Origin: the human T2T-CHM13v2.0 reference genome, Homo sapiens
NCBI RefSeq assembly: GCF_009914755.1
Contig: NC_060932.1
Length of the DNA stretch: 64,000 bases
Strand: one strand, 5' to 3'
Shown here: positions 26,606 to 40,075 of the stretch, in pieces
Layout of the letters: each line of letters starts with the position of its first letter
Position numbering within the stretch: the stretch's first letter is position 1
The notes under the pieces: generated by a model
Told to the model about the DNA's origin: nothing
Database searches by the model: none
What the model saw: the letters and a program-made list of their open reading frames with translations, nothing else
Program-made: the position numbers and the translations under genes

Positions 26606-28304
26606 CTATTGTGTCAAGAAAGTTCTCCAAAACACAGTGGCTTAAAATTATAAAATAATAGTAGTAACTAACATATATTATCATTTTTCTTGAATTTATG
26701 GGTTAGTGGGCAATTCTGGTTTGAGATAGCTTCTCTGGAGCTGGATTATCTATGATGTTCTTACATGCCTTGGGTCTATGCTGAGATGGTGGTCAGATGG
26801 GACATAAAAAAATAAACCTGCAAGAATTCTTGAACTTTATGATGAGCTTGCGGTTAATAGTGGTATTTTTGCAGTGAATCTGTAGAATAGAGAAAATGAG
26901 TAAATGTACTGATGCTCTTGGAACCAGGTTTCTAACTCTGGGGAAAAAAAAGATAAAAATAAGGGAGGGAAAAATGTGAGGAAGAATGTACTCGTTTAGA
27001 TTTGATTTGAAACTCTAGGATATCTCTGTAGCAATAGGCCTACTGAGCACCCACATATTGATTTCTAATTATTATTTACCATGAAAATGAATGAGAACAT
27101 TTTAGATAAATGGGTGATTTCAAATTTGTGGTAGGAAATAATATAACATAAGCCTAGGACGTCTTGTGCCAGAAAGTACAGAAGCTGTTGAAAACTGATA
27201 GAAACATGTCAAGTAGATCGAAACTACTTTGAAATTCAAACCCCAGTCTAATATTAAACAATTTAAAAATTAATAATGATAATCATAATGCAGTTATAAT
27301 TAAAATGTTATACAATATTGAATTTTAAAACCTAGAAATTCATACACATACTTAAGCAATAGGATGAGGTGTTAGGAAAAGGGAATCTCATCTTTACAAA
27401 AGAATGACAGCTTGTAAATGAGGAAAGAGTCATAGAATTGGAAAATCATCCCACACTGATCATGTAACAGCACTCTGTGAGGATGTGTGCTCTTTTGTTT
27501 CAGAAACTGATTTATCTAAGTAATGCGAGTAGCCGAAATGTATTGGATTTTGAACCAGAAGACTGTTGTACAAGGGGGAGTTTTGCAAATTATTGGCCCT
27601 ATAAATTTACACTGGTTAGATAATTTCTATGAGCTCAGTTACCATAGCTATATTCAATCACTGGTAATACTCATCTCATCATTGCTACCTGTTTTAAATG
27701 AGATGATGAATGTAAAGTTTTATATGATAATAGACAAATGTAACCTATTATTTATAAGGACCACAAGCATCAGAATAAAAGACTATAAATGAAGCATTAG
27801 TCCATGAATAAAGCTTCACAATAACCCGAGTACTCAGAAGAGATCAGTAGAGAGTATTCTCCAACGCCCTTTGATTTTCCTTTTTCTTCATTTCCTGATT
27901 CACTTTTATAGACAACCCTGAGTTGTATGGCATTATGAAATATACACCATTAGAAAAAATCAGTCTGAGAACACACATAGGCAGTTCTTTCTTTTTCTTT
28001 TTCACTATGGCAATTTCTACTTAGGCATAGAGAAATATATTACTGTGGAAGATTCTGCTGTTCTCAGGCTTTCTACACAGGCAAGGTGGCACTCTGGAAA
28101 TCACTAGTCTCTTGCAGCCACCCAGAAGGTCCTGATTGCCAGCAATGATAAATGAACCCATATCAAAGCTTCCATGCTTGTTTCAAAGAGCCAAGCACTT
28201 CTATTTCTCTTTTCTTGGCCAATGTTTGTTTCTGGCAAGGAAATGCAGTGGCAGAGGTTTCTATTTTTTTTTTCAATGAAGCTTATGCTTAGATTTAACT
28301 TTAA

Positions 28305-28510
28305 TTATTATTTTTGTTTTTATCGATACATAATAGATGTATATATTTTGGAGAGGACATGTGATAATATAATACACTCATATAATCAAATCAGGGTAAT
28401 AGAGATATTCATCACCTTAAATATTTATTTTTCTAAGCTAGGAACATTTGAGTTCTTCTCTTCTAGCTATTTTGAAATGTACAATAGATTTCTGTTCACT
28501 ATAGTTGCCT
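28305..28510 (-). mobile_element. L1MA 3' end fragment
   Basis: acataatagatgtatatattttgg...tcaaatcagggtaat...ctagctattttgaaatgtacaata. Confidence 0.75.
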
Positions 28511-29457
28511 TATCTTGCTATGTGCTTTCCCTTGCAATTTATTTATTTCTGACACTTGCTTGTCATTCAGAAACATATATTGTCACTTCAACATCAATAT
28601 TAGAAATTTTTAGGATCAACAACTTTCCAGCAACTAGAGAGCATGCAATTAGGGCAAAAAGGTGTCTTGTTGTGCCTCAATATTTCAATAATAAAGGAGA
28701 GAATAAAATAATTGAGTCCAATCTGTTCCCCTCCAGTGATATAATATAAAATTGTATTTCAGGGGAACACATTATAACCATATACACTGAGTTGTTGAAA
28801 ATTAATCTTCTTATTGCTGGGACTATTTACAATGAACAAAGAATTTTTAAACGCTGATATGCTATTTGAAAATTTATCTTGATTTTATAAAAATTGATCT
28901 ATATTGGAGCTCTTATGAAAGATGAATCAAGGAGATATTCATGTCAAATTTGGTGACTTCGATTGGCTTGGAAGGTGACAGAGAGTTCTCTGCCTCAAAG
29001 GCATTTTCTACAAATACTCTTAAAAGGCTCATATTTTTAAAAACACTTATTTTATTGTACAATTTAATTCAGATTTCAGCGGGCATTCTTGTCTTCCCAT
29101 TTCATGCTAAAGTAACCTACTTGTTGCTCAGGCTTAGCTATTGAAATATATCACTAGAGACAACTCCCATTAAGCTAGTCATTGCTGTTTGACTGATATG
29201 TCAACTCGGCTTCTATTTATAAACATCCTATTTATGAAGTCTGCTTTACCTATAATAAACCCCAACTTACTATATGTCAAATATTATACTTTAATAATTT
29301 TAATGTCTATAATGACTCTACAAAATACCTGCTATTATTACGTTTTGTATACATGAGAAAGCAGGGCTAGCCCCTGGCAAAGCTGGGGTTGAAACCCCAG
29401 CTGACTATCCTGTAGGAGTTGCATGGTACCCAACGCAGTGCTCCTTTAGAAAGGTCA

Positions 29458-29754
<297 letters not shown>

Positions 29755-30779
29755 TTAGGGGCTGCTGATCCAGGATAAGAAGTTACTTTATACAACTAAC
29801 ATGGTTGTCTGTGAAAAGAAAATGATAACAACTTCCTATCTTCTTTAGGGTATGATGTGAGAATCAAATGAGACAACCTATGTGAAAGTGCTTTAAAGAG
29901 TTCAAAACCATAGGCTTTAAAATTGCCCTTGTCATTAATATGACTTGTATAATTAGCATTATTACTCCTTATGCCTCTGACAAAATGATTTTACTGAGAA
30001 TATATAACACTTTTTCATATTGTTATTATTGCACTGTTCATTTATTTCCCTATTATATAATGCATTGATTCATTTAGCATTATGTTTTTTTGAGCTGCCA
30101 GCCATGAGATTTTAGATTCTGAATAAATCATAGTCTTTGACTTTGGGTCTGGGAACTGAGAAGGTTGAAGGGGATGGCTATGTTACATAGAAGCAAATAG
30201 AGTGCAGCAAACGTGCCAAAAAACATATTCACATTTTGAAAAAAAAGTAGCTCTGTATTGACAAGACTATGACTTATGACTGATGGGACAAGAGACTGGA
30301 AAGATAAAACTTGAATTAGACTGTAAAAGGTATTGTATGTCATAATATGGATTTTCAACTTTTACTTGTGAGAAATGTATAATTAAGGAAATCTTTTAAG
30401 TAGGTATTGCTGGATACCAGCTTCTCCCTTAAACACATTATTGCACTTCTCTAAGCCTCAAGGTCTTCGTCTTCAAAACGGAAATGGTGATACCTCCTTT
30501 TCAGAGTTTCTCCAAGACCTAGAGCTAATGTATCTAATGCTTGTGACAGTACATCGTGCATATACATGCTCAATAAACCCTGGTCACTAATGCCCAGGTA
30601 ACATAAGACTGTTAATTTCCTTTGAGAAACTCTAAAATAAATTATTTATATAAAGTCAGTCATGTTTGTACTTTTAAAACTTGTGTTCATACTTGAGCTT
30701 CTTGGATGGTAGATGAATGAGCTTTCCTTTTATCTTAGCTCCTCAGTACAACTATATATTTTGAAATTATATATAAGAC

Positions 30780-30990
30780 TAACGTAATGAAACCCTATCT
30801 CTACTAAAAATCCAAAAAAATTAGCCGGGCATGGTGGTTCAGGCCTGTAGTCCCAGCTTCTTGGGAGGCTGAGGCACTAGAATCGCTTGAACCTGGAGGC
30901 GGAGGTTGCAGTGAGCTGAGATAGCGCCATTGAACTCCAGCATGGGTGACAGAGTGAGACCCTGCTAAATAGATAAATAAATAAATAAAA
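30780..30990 (+). mobile_element. 5'-truncated Alu with (TAAA)n tail
   Basis: Alu linker and right monomer, followed by a TAAA tail. Confidence 0.9.
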
Positions 30991-30999
30991 TTAGCATAA

Positions 31000-33900
31000 A
31001 GAAGTTCTAAAAGATGAAAAGCAAAAAAACTTAGACTCCAAAAAAGAGCATGGTACTAGCTTCTCTGGGTATTTGTTTTGTTGCATGTATTCCACATTTG
31101 AAGCTGAAAAAGTCAGTGACCCAGAAACATCAATAGGTGCCGACACACAAAAAAGGTCCAATAAAAGTCTGTTGTCTGCAGTCAAAGGATGAGGAAAGGG
31201 GCAGCTCAGCAAGACAACAAATTTTTTTCACAATAACAACACCACTCCATGCAAACACTACTGAAAATACTGTGGCCCCACCACACTTGTACCAGCAAAT
31301 GCTGAGTGGAAAGCCTAGGCTTCCACCCTTGTGAATATATAATTCCTAAATCCCACATTGTCTGTCCTGGGTGATGTAACAGAAGGTCAAGTAGGGAGCT
31401 CAGGCTTACTTGTATCTCTTCTGGGTAATAGCCACCCTACCACAGTATCAGAGGAGACCATGTTCAGAGCCTGGATTTCCGTCATTATCCAGAAGTAGCA
31501 AAGCTCCTTTCTCCCTACCTGTTGGGCTGATGTCAGAGGAGGCCTAGCAGAGTCAGGACTTGTTACACCATCCAGTGGTAGTGAGGCACTCATACCCATT
31601 GTGTGTCAGTGTAGGCCATTTCAGGAATAGCAAGGAGGCACTCCTCCCTCTCCAAGCCCTGATAGTATCAGTGAAGGATACTGGGGAGCTACAGTTTCAA
31701 CCCCCATCCAGCATTAAAGGAGAGCTTCTCCTTGACTTTGGAGCCAATAAAGGCCAAGTGGAAAACTTGGACATCTCCCCCATCTGGCAGCACCACCACT
31801 TTCCTTATAGAAATGATGTCAGAAGAAGTCAGCTAGAATAAAAGATTTAAATTAAGATGCAGAATCTTCTTAGTAATAAAAATGGTGAGGTTTCAATAAA
31901 AAATTACTTGTCATATCAAGAACCAGAAAAATCTTAACTTGAGTGAAAAAAGAAAATCAACAGATGGCAACACCAACATGACAAACATTTGGAATTATGT
32001 AACAAGAATATTCTGAAATAATGAAAAGGATAAAGAAAATAATTAGTGAACTTGAAACAATCAAAATTATCCAATCTGAACATCAAAGAGAAAAAAAAGA
32101 AAAATATAAACAGAGTCTTAGAGCTTTGTGAGATGATAGCAAATGATCTTACATTCATGTATTCAGAGAACCAGCAGATTGGAAGCGGAGCTTAAAAGAT
32201 GTTCAAATGAATAACAACTGATTTAATAAAGAATTGCATCATCATATTTGTGAAGCTAGACAAGCCTCAAACATGAAACACTCAAATAAATCCACATCAA
32301 GAGACATCATAGACAAACTTCCATAATCTAAACACACAGGGAATATTGTGGAATCAGTGAAACATAAATTACACTTTACCTATAGGGAAAAAAATAAATT
32401 ATAGAAGATCCTCATCAGAAACAAGATAAGAATGGAAACCTAAATAAAGTGGCAAACATTTTATAAGTGTTGAAAAAAGAGAAATATCAAGTTAGAATCC
32501 TACATCTAGCAAAAGTATCCACAAAGAATAAAGGAGAAATTAAGATATGCTTAGGTAAAGGAAAACTAAGATGTCATCATCAGACTTAACTATAAAGGTT
32601 GACTAAAGGAAGTTTTCTAAACAGAAAGAAAAAAGATAAATCTTCAAACATCAGGAAGAAAGAAGAAATACAGGAAGCAAAAGCATAAGTAAATATAATA
32701 GACTTTTCTTTTCCTCTTAGGTTTTCTAAGTTACTTTGATGGTGTATGGAAAAATGGTAGTACTGTCTGAGGTAGTTATAAACATTATAGAGAAAATATT
32801 TTCAATGATTATATTATAAATAGGGGAGAATAGAGGGACGTTAATACAGATAGCTCTGTATTTTAATACCTCACTTGAAATGGTAAAATGTCAACATGAG
32901 CATGCTAATACATTGTGCATGTATAATTTAATAGCTAGAATAACCATTAAAAAACTACACACTAAAAAATAAAAACTTTGACATTCTGGTAGATTAAGCA
33001 TAGCCACAATTCCTTGCAGTTTCTCTCATAAAGAGGTGGAATCCATTTTCCCAATCCTTATATCTGAACTGTCCTTATCTGTGGCATGTTTAATCAATAG
33101 AATAAGGTGGAAATCGCATTGTGTGAGCTCAATAGCCAAGGCCTCTAGAGCTTCTATTTTTGCCCTCTTGGAATGCTGCCAAGGGACCACCATGTGGAGA
33201 AACCCAGGATGAAAGACCACATGGAGAGAGAGGCCAGCCACCCAGCAGTCCTAGCTGAGCTGAGGCCCCAGCCAATCCACCATCTGATGGCAACTGCTGG
33301 AATAAACACAGTGAGGCCAGCAGATAAATCACCCAGTCAGCTCATGGAAGACTGAGAAATAATAAAATGTAGTTGCTTTTAAAAAATACCATACAAAGGG
33401 ATGTATGCAAAAACACCATCAATAAATCAAAATAAAATTTATTTTTAAAAGTTCAAGTAACCCAAAGGATGACAAAGAAAGGAAAAAAGAAAGCCAGCTA
33501 GCCCTGAAAAAGTAACAACAAAAAAAATGAACTAAACCCTAAGATAAAAACATGTATAAAAATGTAAGCAATCTCAATAATTTTATATTAATGAGGTATT
33601 GAATGATAATGTTTTGACCATGCATAGTTAAATAAAAGGTAGTATTCACTTAAATATATTAGTAAATATATTTAATTAATACGTAAAAATAATTATGTAA
33701 AATGACCAAGGGAGTTAAGTCCACAGATGTAAGACTCATTCAATATTTGAAAAGTAATGAAAAGATAACAAGATCATATCAACTGATACAGAAAAAGTAT
33801 TTGACAACATTCAATATCCATTTCTGAATGTATTTCTCAGAAAAATGGGTTAGCAGTGAACCACCTTAGCCTGATAAAGTACATCTCCATAAAAACGAAA

Positions 33901-36050
33901 GATAACACGACATTTAATAGTGAAAGAAATAATGTTTTTCCCTAAGATCATGGACCAGGAAAAGACATTTTCTTTTTTCTCTCTTATTCAACATAATACT
34001 GAAAGTTCTAGCCAATATAAGACAAGAAAGGAAACTCAAAGGCATGGAGTTGAAAGCAATAAAATTGTTTCTATTTGCAGATGACATGATTGTGCACGTA
34101 AAAAATACCAAGCAGTATTGAAAATAACTCGTAGAATTAATAAGGGAATTCAATAATTTAACAGGATATGGGATCAACGTACCAAAACCAAGGTATTTAT
34201 ATACACTAGCAATGAATACCTGGAGATCAAAATTGAAAATACAATGCCATTTAAAATCACTAGAAAAATGAAATACTTAGAAATCTAATAACACATATTT
34301 AGAGCTTGTATGTTAAAAACTACAAAATGCAGATAAATAAATAAATATAGATCTAAAGAAATGAAGACACATTGTTTTAATGGCTTGGAAGACATGACAT
34401 AGTAAAGATTTCAATTTTTCTTCAATTGATATATAGGTTTAACACATTTCCTGTTGAAATGCAAGCAGGACTCTATAAATATGGACAACATTATCTAAAA
34501 TTTATATGAATGGCAAAGAAATGAGAAGACATAACAATTCTGAAAAAGAACACAGTAGGAGGAAAAATTTACCAGGTTTCAGGATTTATTACATAGCTAG
34601 TATTCCAAACTGTTGGTACTGCTAGGAGGATAGACATATAGACCAACTGAACAGAAGACAGAATCCAGAAACAAACCCTTACAAATGTGTCCAGCTGAAT
34701 TTTGAAAACATGCAAAATTAATTCAATTTAGGAAGAATAGTCTTTTTAACAAATGGTGCTGGACCGCTTGGAAGAAAAAATAGACTTGACTTAACCCTCA
34801 CAACTTATGCAAACATTAATTCAAAATGGACCAGAGATGTCAACATAAACTATAAAACTATAAAAGTTTCAGAGGAAATAAAATTAAAATCTTCAAGATG
34901 GAATACTAGGTAAAAAGTTTTTAAGGTTGGCATGAAAACTTTGACCCATAACATAAAGAATTGCCAAACTAGACCTCATCAAAAGCAAAAACGTTTGCTC
35001 TGCAAATGCTCTGCTACTGTTGAGGACAAAAGCATAACTTACAGACAGGTAGAAAATATTTGCAAACCACATACCCTACTAGTATCTAGCATATTAAATA
35101 TCTGACAACACTTAAAAAATGTAATTTGAAAATAGAAAAAAATGTGACATGAGACTTCACCAAAGAGTATAGATGGCCAATAAACATATGAAGGTGTTCA
35201 ATCATTAGACATTAGAAAAATACACATTAAAAACATTAGCTATCACTACAAACCTATCAGAATGCCTAACAATTAAAAAAAAATAGCAGCAACACCAGTG
35301 ATTACATGGACATGGAGAAACTAGGTCACAGATGCATGGATAATGGGGAGATGAAATGGTATAGCTACTCTGGAAAATGGTTTGCCTGTTTCTCGCAATA
35401 AATGAACATGAAATTATCATATAACACAGCAATTCCACTCCTGGATGTCTACCAAAGAAAAATGAAAACTTATGTTTACACAAAAACTTGAGCATGAATG
35501 TTCACAATAGATTTATTTGTAACAGACTCACACTTGAAATAACCCAGATGTCCGTTGATGGGTGAATGGTTAGTTGTGACACATACACCTCATTGAATAT
35601 GATTTGTAAATAGTATTCATGAATAAAAATGAATTAACTATTAATACATTCAATAACTTGGATGAATATTCAGACATTTGATTGTAAAACATAAAAACAC
35701 AATCTCAAAATGTTACACACTGTATGAATCAATTTATGTAACATTATTGAAATGATAAAATTATAGAGATGGAAGAATATTTGTATTTCCTAGGAGTCAA
35801 AGATATTGTGGGCTGTGAGTGATGTGGGTATTGCTATAAAACAACAACATGAGGAAATTTTGCGTAGAAGAAAAAAAAATGCTATCTAATTGTATCAATG
35901 TTGATATCTTGATTTTGACATTGCACTATAGCTTTGCAGCATTTTCCACTGGGTAAGACTGGATAAGCTGTACTTGGTATCTCTCCGTACTATTTTTCAC
36001 AACTGCACATGAATTTATAATTATATCTACATTTTTTAAAGTTTAAGTAT
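31000..36050 (+). mobile_element. Long degraded L1 (L1MC/L1MD-like): ORF1 region, ORF2 remnants and 3'UTR
   Basis: ORF2 RT-region text ctatttgcagatgacatgattgtg (F-A-D-D motif, ~34071-34095) and a 3' end tatttttcacaactgcacatgaatttataattat of L1MC1/MD type. ORFs 33914-34177 and 35205-35495 are antisense L1 readings. Confidence 0.85.
32987..33382 (+). mobile_element. MLT1F/G-like MaLR LTR nested in L1
   Basis: aagaggtggaatccattttccc...accacatggagagagaggccagcca...gagaaataataaaatgtagttgctttt. Confidence 0.75.
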
Positions 36051-36179
36051 AAATGGTGCTTATATACTTCATTGTATTTTTAAAAACATTGCCTCAAGCT
36101 AGGGAAACAGGATAATTACTGTGGGAGAATTTTGATGGAGGATTTTTTGATTGGATGCCTCTGAATATACGACAAAAGA

Positions 36180-36790
36180 AAGAGGTTTAAATTCTAGTTT
36201 TTACCTTTGCTCATTATGTGTGAATAATCTGTGACCTACAATCTCTTCAATTGTGAAATGGGAATAAAAGGGCATAATGTTAGTATTATTATGGAACTTA
36301 AAAGGGATAGCGATATAAGTAAAATTAGCTGGGGCTTAAATGACAGATGAATTTTCTGAAATATAATTGGTAGTTCATGCAACTAAAATGTATTTTTTTA
36401 AATGATAGTAACAGATAACATTTATTTGAGTTACTTAGCATTTAATGAGTCCTTACTACAAGGCAGGCTCTGTGCTAGGGAATTTATGTAAATTATCTCA
36501 CTTAAACTTCCCAATAACCCTAACAGGTAAAACTTTTTAAATTGAATAGTGGTGATAGTTGCTAAAATGTATTAAATAGAAATATGTGCTTTATAATTGT
36601 TAACATCAATTAAACATATTATGTGTTAATTGTGTGTCAGGCACTTAAAAGTGCTCTGGGGACTTTTATAGATACTGAGTCATTTAATCTTCAAACAAGA
36701 TATTATTGTTATTTTCATTCTTTCTTATGAGGAATGTATGTTTAAATAGAGTGAACTAGCACAATCCAAGATCATGCAGCTAACAAATAT
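36180..36790. mobile_element. Cluster of MIR fragments
   Basis: MIR cores (tgtgaaatgggaataa; gtgtcaggcact...tcatttaatcttcaaacaa). Confidence 0.55.
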
Positions 36791-38789
36791 CATTAACAGG
36801 GCTTACGGATTCGTTTTGTTCTGAGATTTTAGTTATTAGAGGATTACATCACACTAATTTTCTTCTACCTTGGGGTGGTATCCAGTAAGTGACTTCTAAC
36901 ATCCCGTGTGAAAGCTGATAAGGGTGTTTTGCAAGTACCCTAACATTTTACATGGACTGCTGGCAAAGGGTGGGTTAGGTGAGATGGAGAAACTTTGTAA
37001 GTCCCTGAGATCTGGAGTTCACCAAGAGGCCAATGAGAGTAACTAGCATAGATTTAAATAGCTGATGACAGGAAAAGGTATAGGGAGTGGAATAGTTAGT
37101 CCCAAGAGGTAAGCATTGAGTCACATCAGGAAAGCACTTGGTCTTTCAGGTATTGAGCTGGACAGATACAGTGAATGTGTGGTGTCTTAACTTTGCAGGA
37201 AGACAGTACATTAAGTAAATATCCATTTGAGATGACATGCAGGGGCCAGAAAGCCATCAGTTGTGTGCAAGGTCAGTGCTTAAAATCAGGTATTCAGTAA
37301 TAGAGAGGAAAATAGAAAACGGGAAGGAAGTGAATGCCTCATTATGTCATTACTTTAAAAAAAAAACAGCATTACTGTTCATTTTATTTCACATATTAAT
37401 GAACCTTTATATAGTAAGCCAGATGCTAAGCACCGTGGCTGTGGTAATAAGCAATACAGACATATTTCTGTATGAAATATCTCCTCATGAAGATTTCACT
37501 CTAGTAAGGATAAAGACTATTAAACAGAACAGAAAGTCAGGTACAAATACCTGAGCATTCATTTTAATCAATTGAATTGCGTGTGTTTATTTTATCTTAG
37601 GCTCATAACCAGTACACAAATTCTGAACCTGTGGGCAAACCTCCTACAACTCCTTAGAACTCTCCTGCGAAGAAAAGGCAAAAAGGGATCTACGAAGCAT
37701 TGCACATACAGGCCAATAGCAGTGAGCTCAACAGTGAAAGGTAGAAGACAGGTAAGAACAAGGCTCAGGAATTAGGATATTGTTGCCTTGTCTGCACAAC
37801 ACCTTCTGCTCTTAATTACATATTTCTCACTTTCACTCTCTTCTAGAATTGCAAGTTACTGCTAGAATTCATACTGGGATAAAGATAGCATGGAAAGTGG
37901 GGGTCGGGGCAGAGACGTTAACGTAATTTAGAGGAACTTGGTAGCCTAACAGTTTTACAAATGTTTGAAAATAAATTACTCTGACATAAAGGAGTAGTTG
38001 GCATTTATATCAAGTCTAGATTTGTATTTTCTAGCGAGTCCAGGTGGAAAACTATGTAAAATGTAAGACTTCATTGAGCAGCCAGATGCTGCATCTGAAC
38101 TGAGATTTTGTGGGTCAATAAATAACCCAGATCCATAAAGTATGTGGTGGTAATGGGAAATACTATAATTTCTTTTAGCAGATCAGAAAACAGCTGTTTG
38201 CTTTTCCCTTTAAGAAAAGAAAAATATTTTGTGTTTTTTTCTTAAAAAGTCAAATATCAACATATTAGCACAGTTGGAAATACTCAGCATATTATTCTTA
38301 TCAATCAAATGTCAGAACCACAGACCTTTGACTTTCTGGATCATTGGACTAATGAGGGTACAGAGTGAGTTTGTTTCTCTGAGGTGCATTCTGAATCTTT
38401 GCAGGGTCTATCTGCCTAGCAGGAATATGAGGTTAATATGAGTGCATTTGAGAGGAATGGCCATCAGAATCTCCCATGATTAGAAAGGTTTTAACTAATG
38501 GTTTCATTTTTCTTTTTATGTTCATGATGGAGAGTCAATTCTCTCCATAATTTTCTCTTCTGAAACCCCTGCTTTAATCTCCATAATTCTCTTCCATTAC
38601 CATCCAGTTTATATGACACTGTCTGGCTATGGCTCTAATATTTGAGTCTAGGTAGGGATAAGAATATTGCAGATAGGAGGACAAATAAGCTCAACAATAG
38701 CTAAAATAATAGTGGCAGTAGTAGTAATTTTAACAAAATAGAGGCATCACTATCATCTATAAAGAGCTTTAGATCAAAACTCAGCATTT

Positions 38790-38975
38790 CTCTTTTTTGT
38801 GTAAATTTCAAGGATACAAGTGCAGTTTTTTCTCATGGATATGTTGGTTAGTGGTGAAGCCTGGCGTTTTAGTCTAACTATCACTTGAACAATGTACACG
38901 GTACTCACTAAGTAATTTCACATCCCTCACCTACTCCCACCCTCTCACTTCTTCCAACTCTCCAGTGTCTATTAT
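38790..38975 (-). mobile_element. L1PB/L1MA 3' end fragment
   Basis: ggatacaagtgcagtttt...catggatatgttggttagtggtgaagcctggcgttttag. Confidence 0.7.
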
Positions 38976-39514
38976 TTCTCAGTTTTCTAGTCTTTGATTA
39001 TACACTAGTTTCTGTGTGATCTGGAGTCAATCACGTCTCCTACATTTTAAAAATAATATCTGCTTTGTTGGGCAGTACTAATGAAAGCAAGAAGAGTCTC
39101 AAAGAGATTTGGTATGACTGGAAGGATGAGAAGGAATTTATTACTACAGACTGGTGAAACAACCCTCATTATGTGAAAGTTGAAATTCAGTGACATTGTT
39201 CCCTGTGGTTGTGTGGAAAATAGAAGTTACACCTAATTAGCTGGTAGATCTAGCTAAAAAGGTTTCTGTTTATCTTGATAGTGTGAATGGGTTCTGTCCA
39301 TTCTTTTGTGTTTTCTGTTTAGTTTTTTATGTTTTTAGCCAGATATGACAAGACATGGATAAAGAGAAATAATTTTTTAAAAAGGAACCATTTTGTTTCA
39401 AAGCAAGGAATAGAAAAGAAATATAAAATGATTTGTTATGTTTAGAAAATAAGTCCCATTATTATACGTAGATTCTCTAGATTGCCAAAAACTCAGGATT
39501 AAGATAACCTAAAG

Positions 39515-40075
39515 CAAGTATTGATTAACTCTTTTAAAAATAAAAAGCCAGAGTAAATATTTTGAGCTTTCAGGCCATATTATCTTTGTTGCAAATACTC
39601 AACTCTGAAATTTTAATGTGAAAGCATCTATGGCAATGTGACATTGAATTAACATGGGTATATATTTGGCCCTCAGTATCCATGGGTTCCTCATCTTTGT
39701 GTTCAACCTATGATAGATTGAAAATATTTGAATACAAAGGGCACCAAAAAATGATAATACAACAATAAAAATACAAATAATAAAACAATATCATAATACA
39801 AATGAAAAAATATAACCATTATTTACATAGTATGTACATTGTATTATATATTATAAATAACCTAGAGATGATTTAAAATATACAGGAGGATATGGGCAGG
39901 TTATATGTAAATACTATGCCATTTTATAGAAGAGTCCTTAGATTCTGGTGTTTGTGGTGGGTCCTAGAACCAATCCCCATGGATACCAAGGAACAACTGT
40001 ATTAATAGAATTTTATATCCAAAAACATATGACTGACTGAATTTGGCCTATGGGCTATAGTTTGCCACCCCCAAT
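39515..40075 (-). mobile_element. MER58A hAT-Charlie element split by MER2
   Basis: Left half gccagagtaaatattttgagctttcaggccata and right half gaatttggcctatgggctatagtttgccacccc. Confidence 0.75.
39661..39999 (-). mobile_element. MER2 (TcMar-Tigger MITE)
   Basis: Inverted termini ccctcagtatccatggg and cccatggataccaagg, TA flanks, and the MER2 core ctagagatgatttaaaatatacaggaggat. Confidence 0.85.

Noticed and set aside
28174-28749. 191-aa ORF
   Set aside because: It runs through an antisense L1MA fragment and AT-rich DNA, with F/I/Y-biased composition and no homology I recognise.
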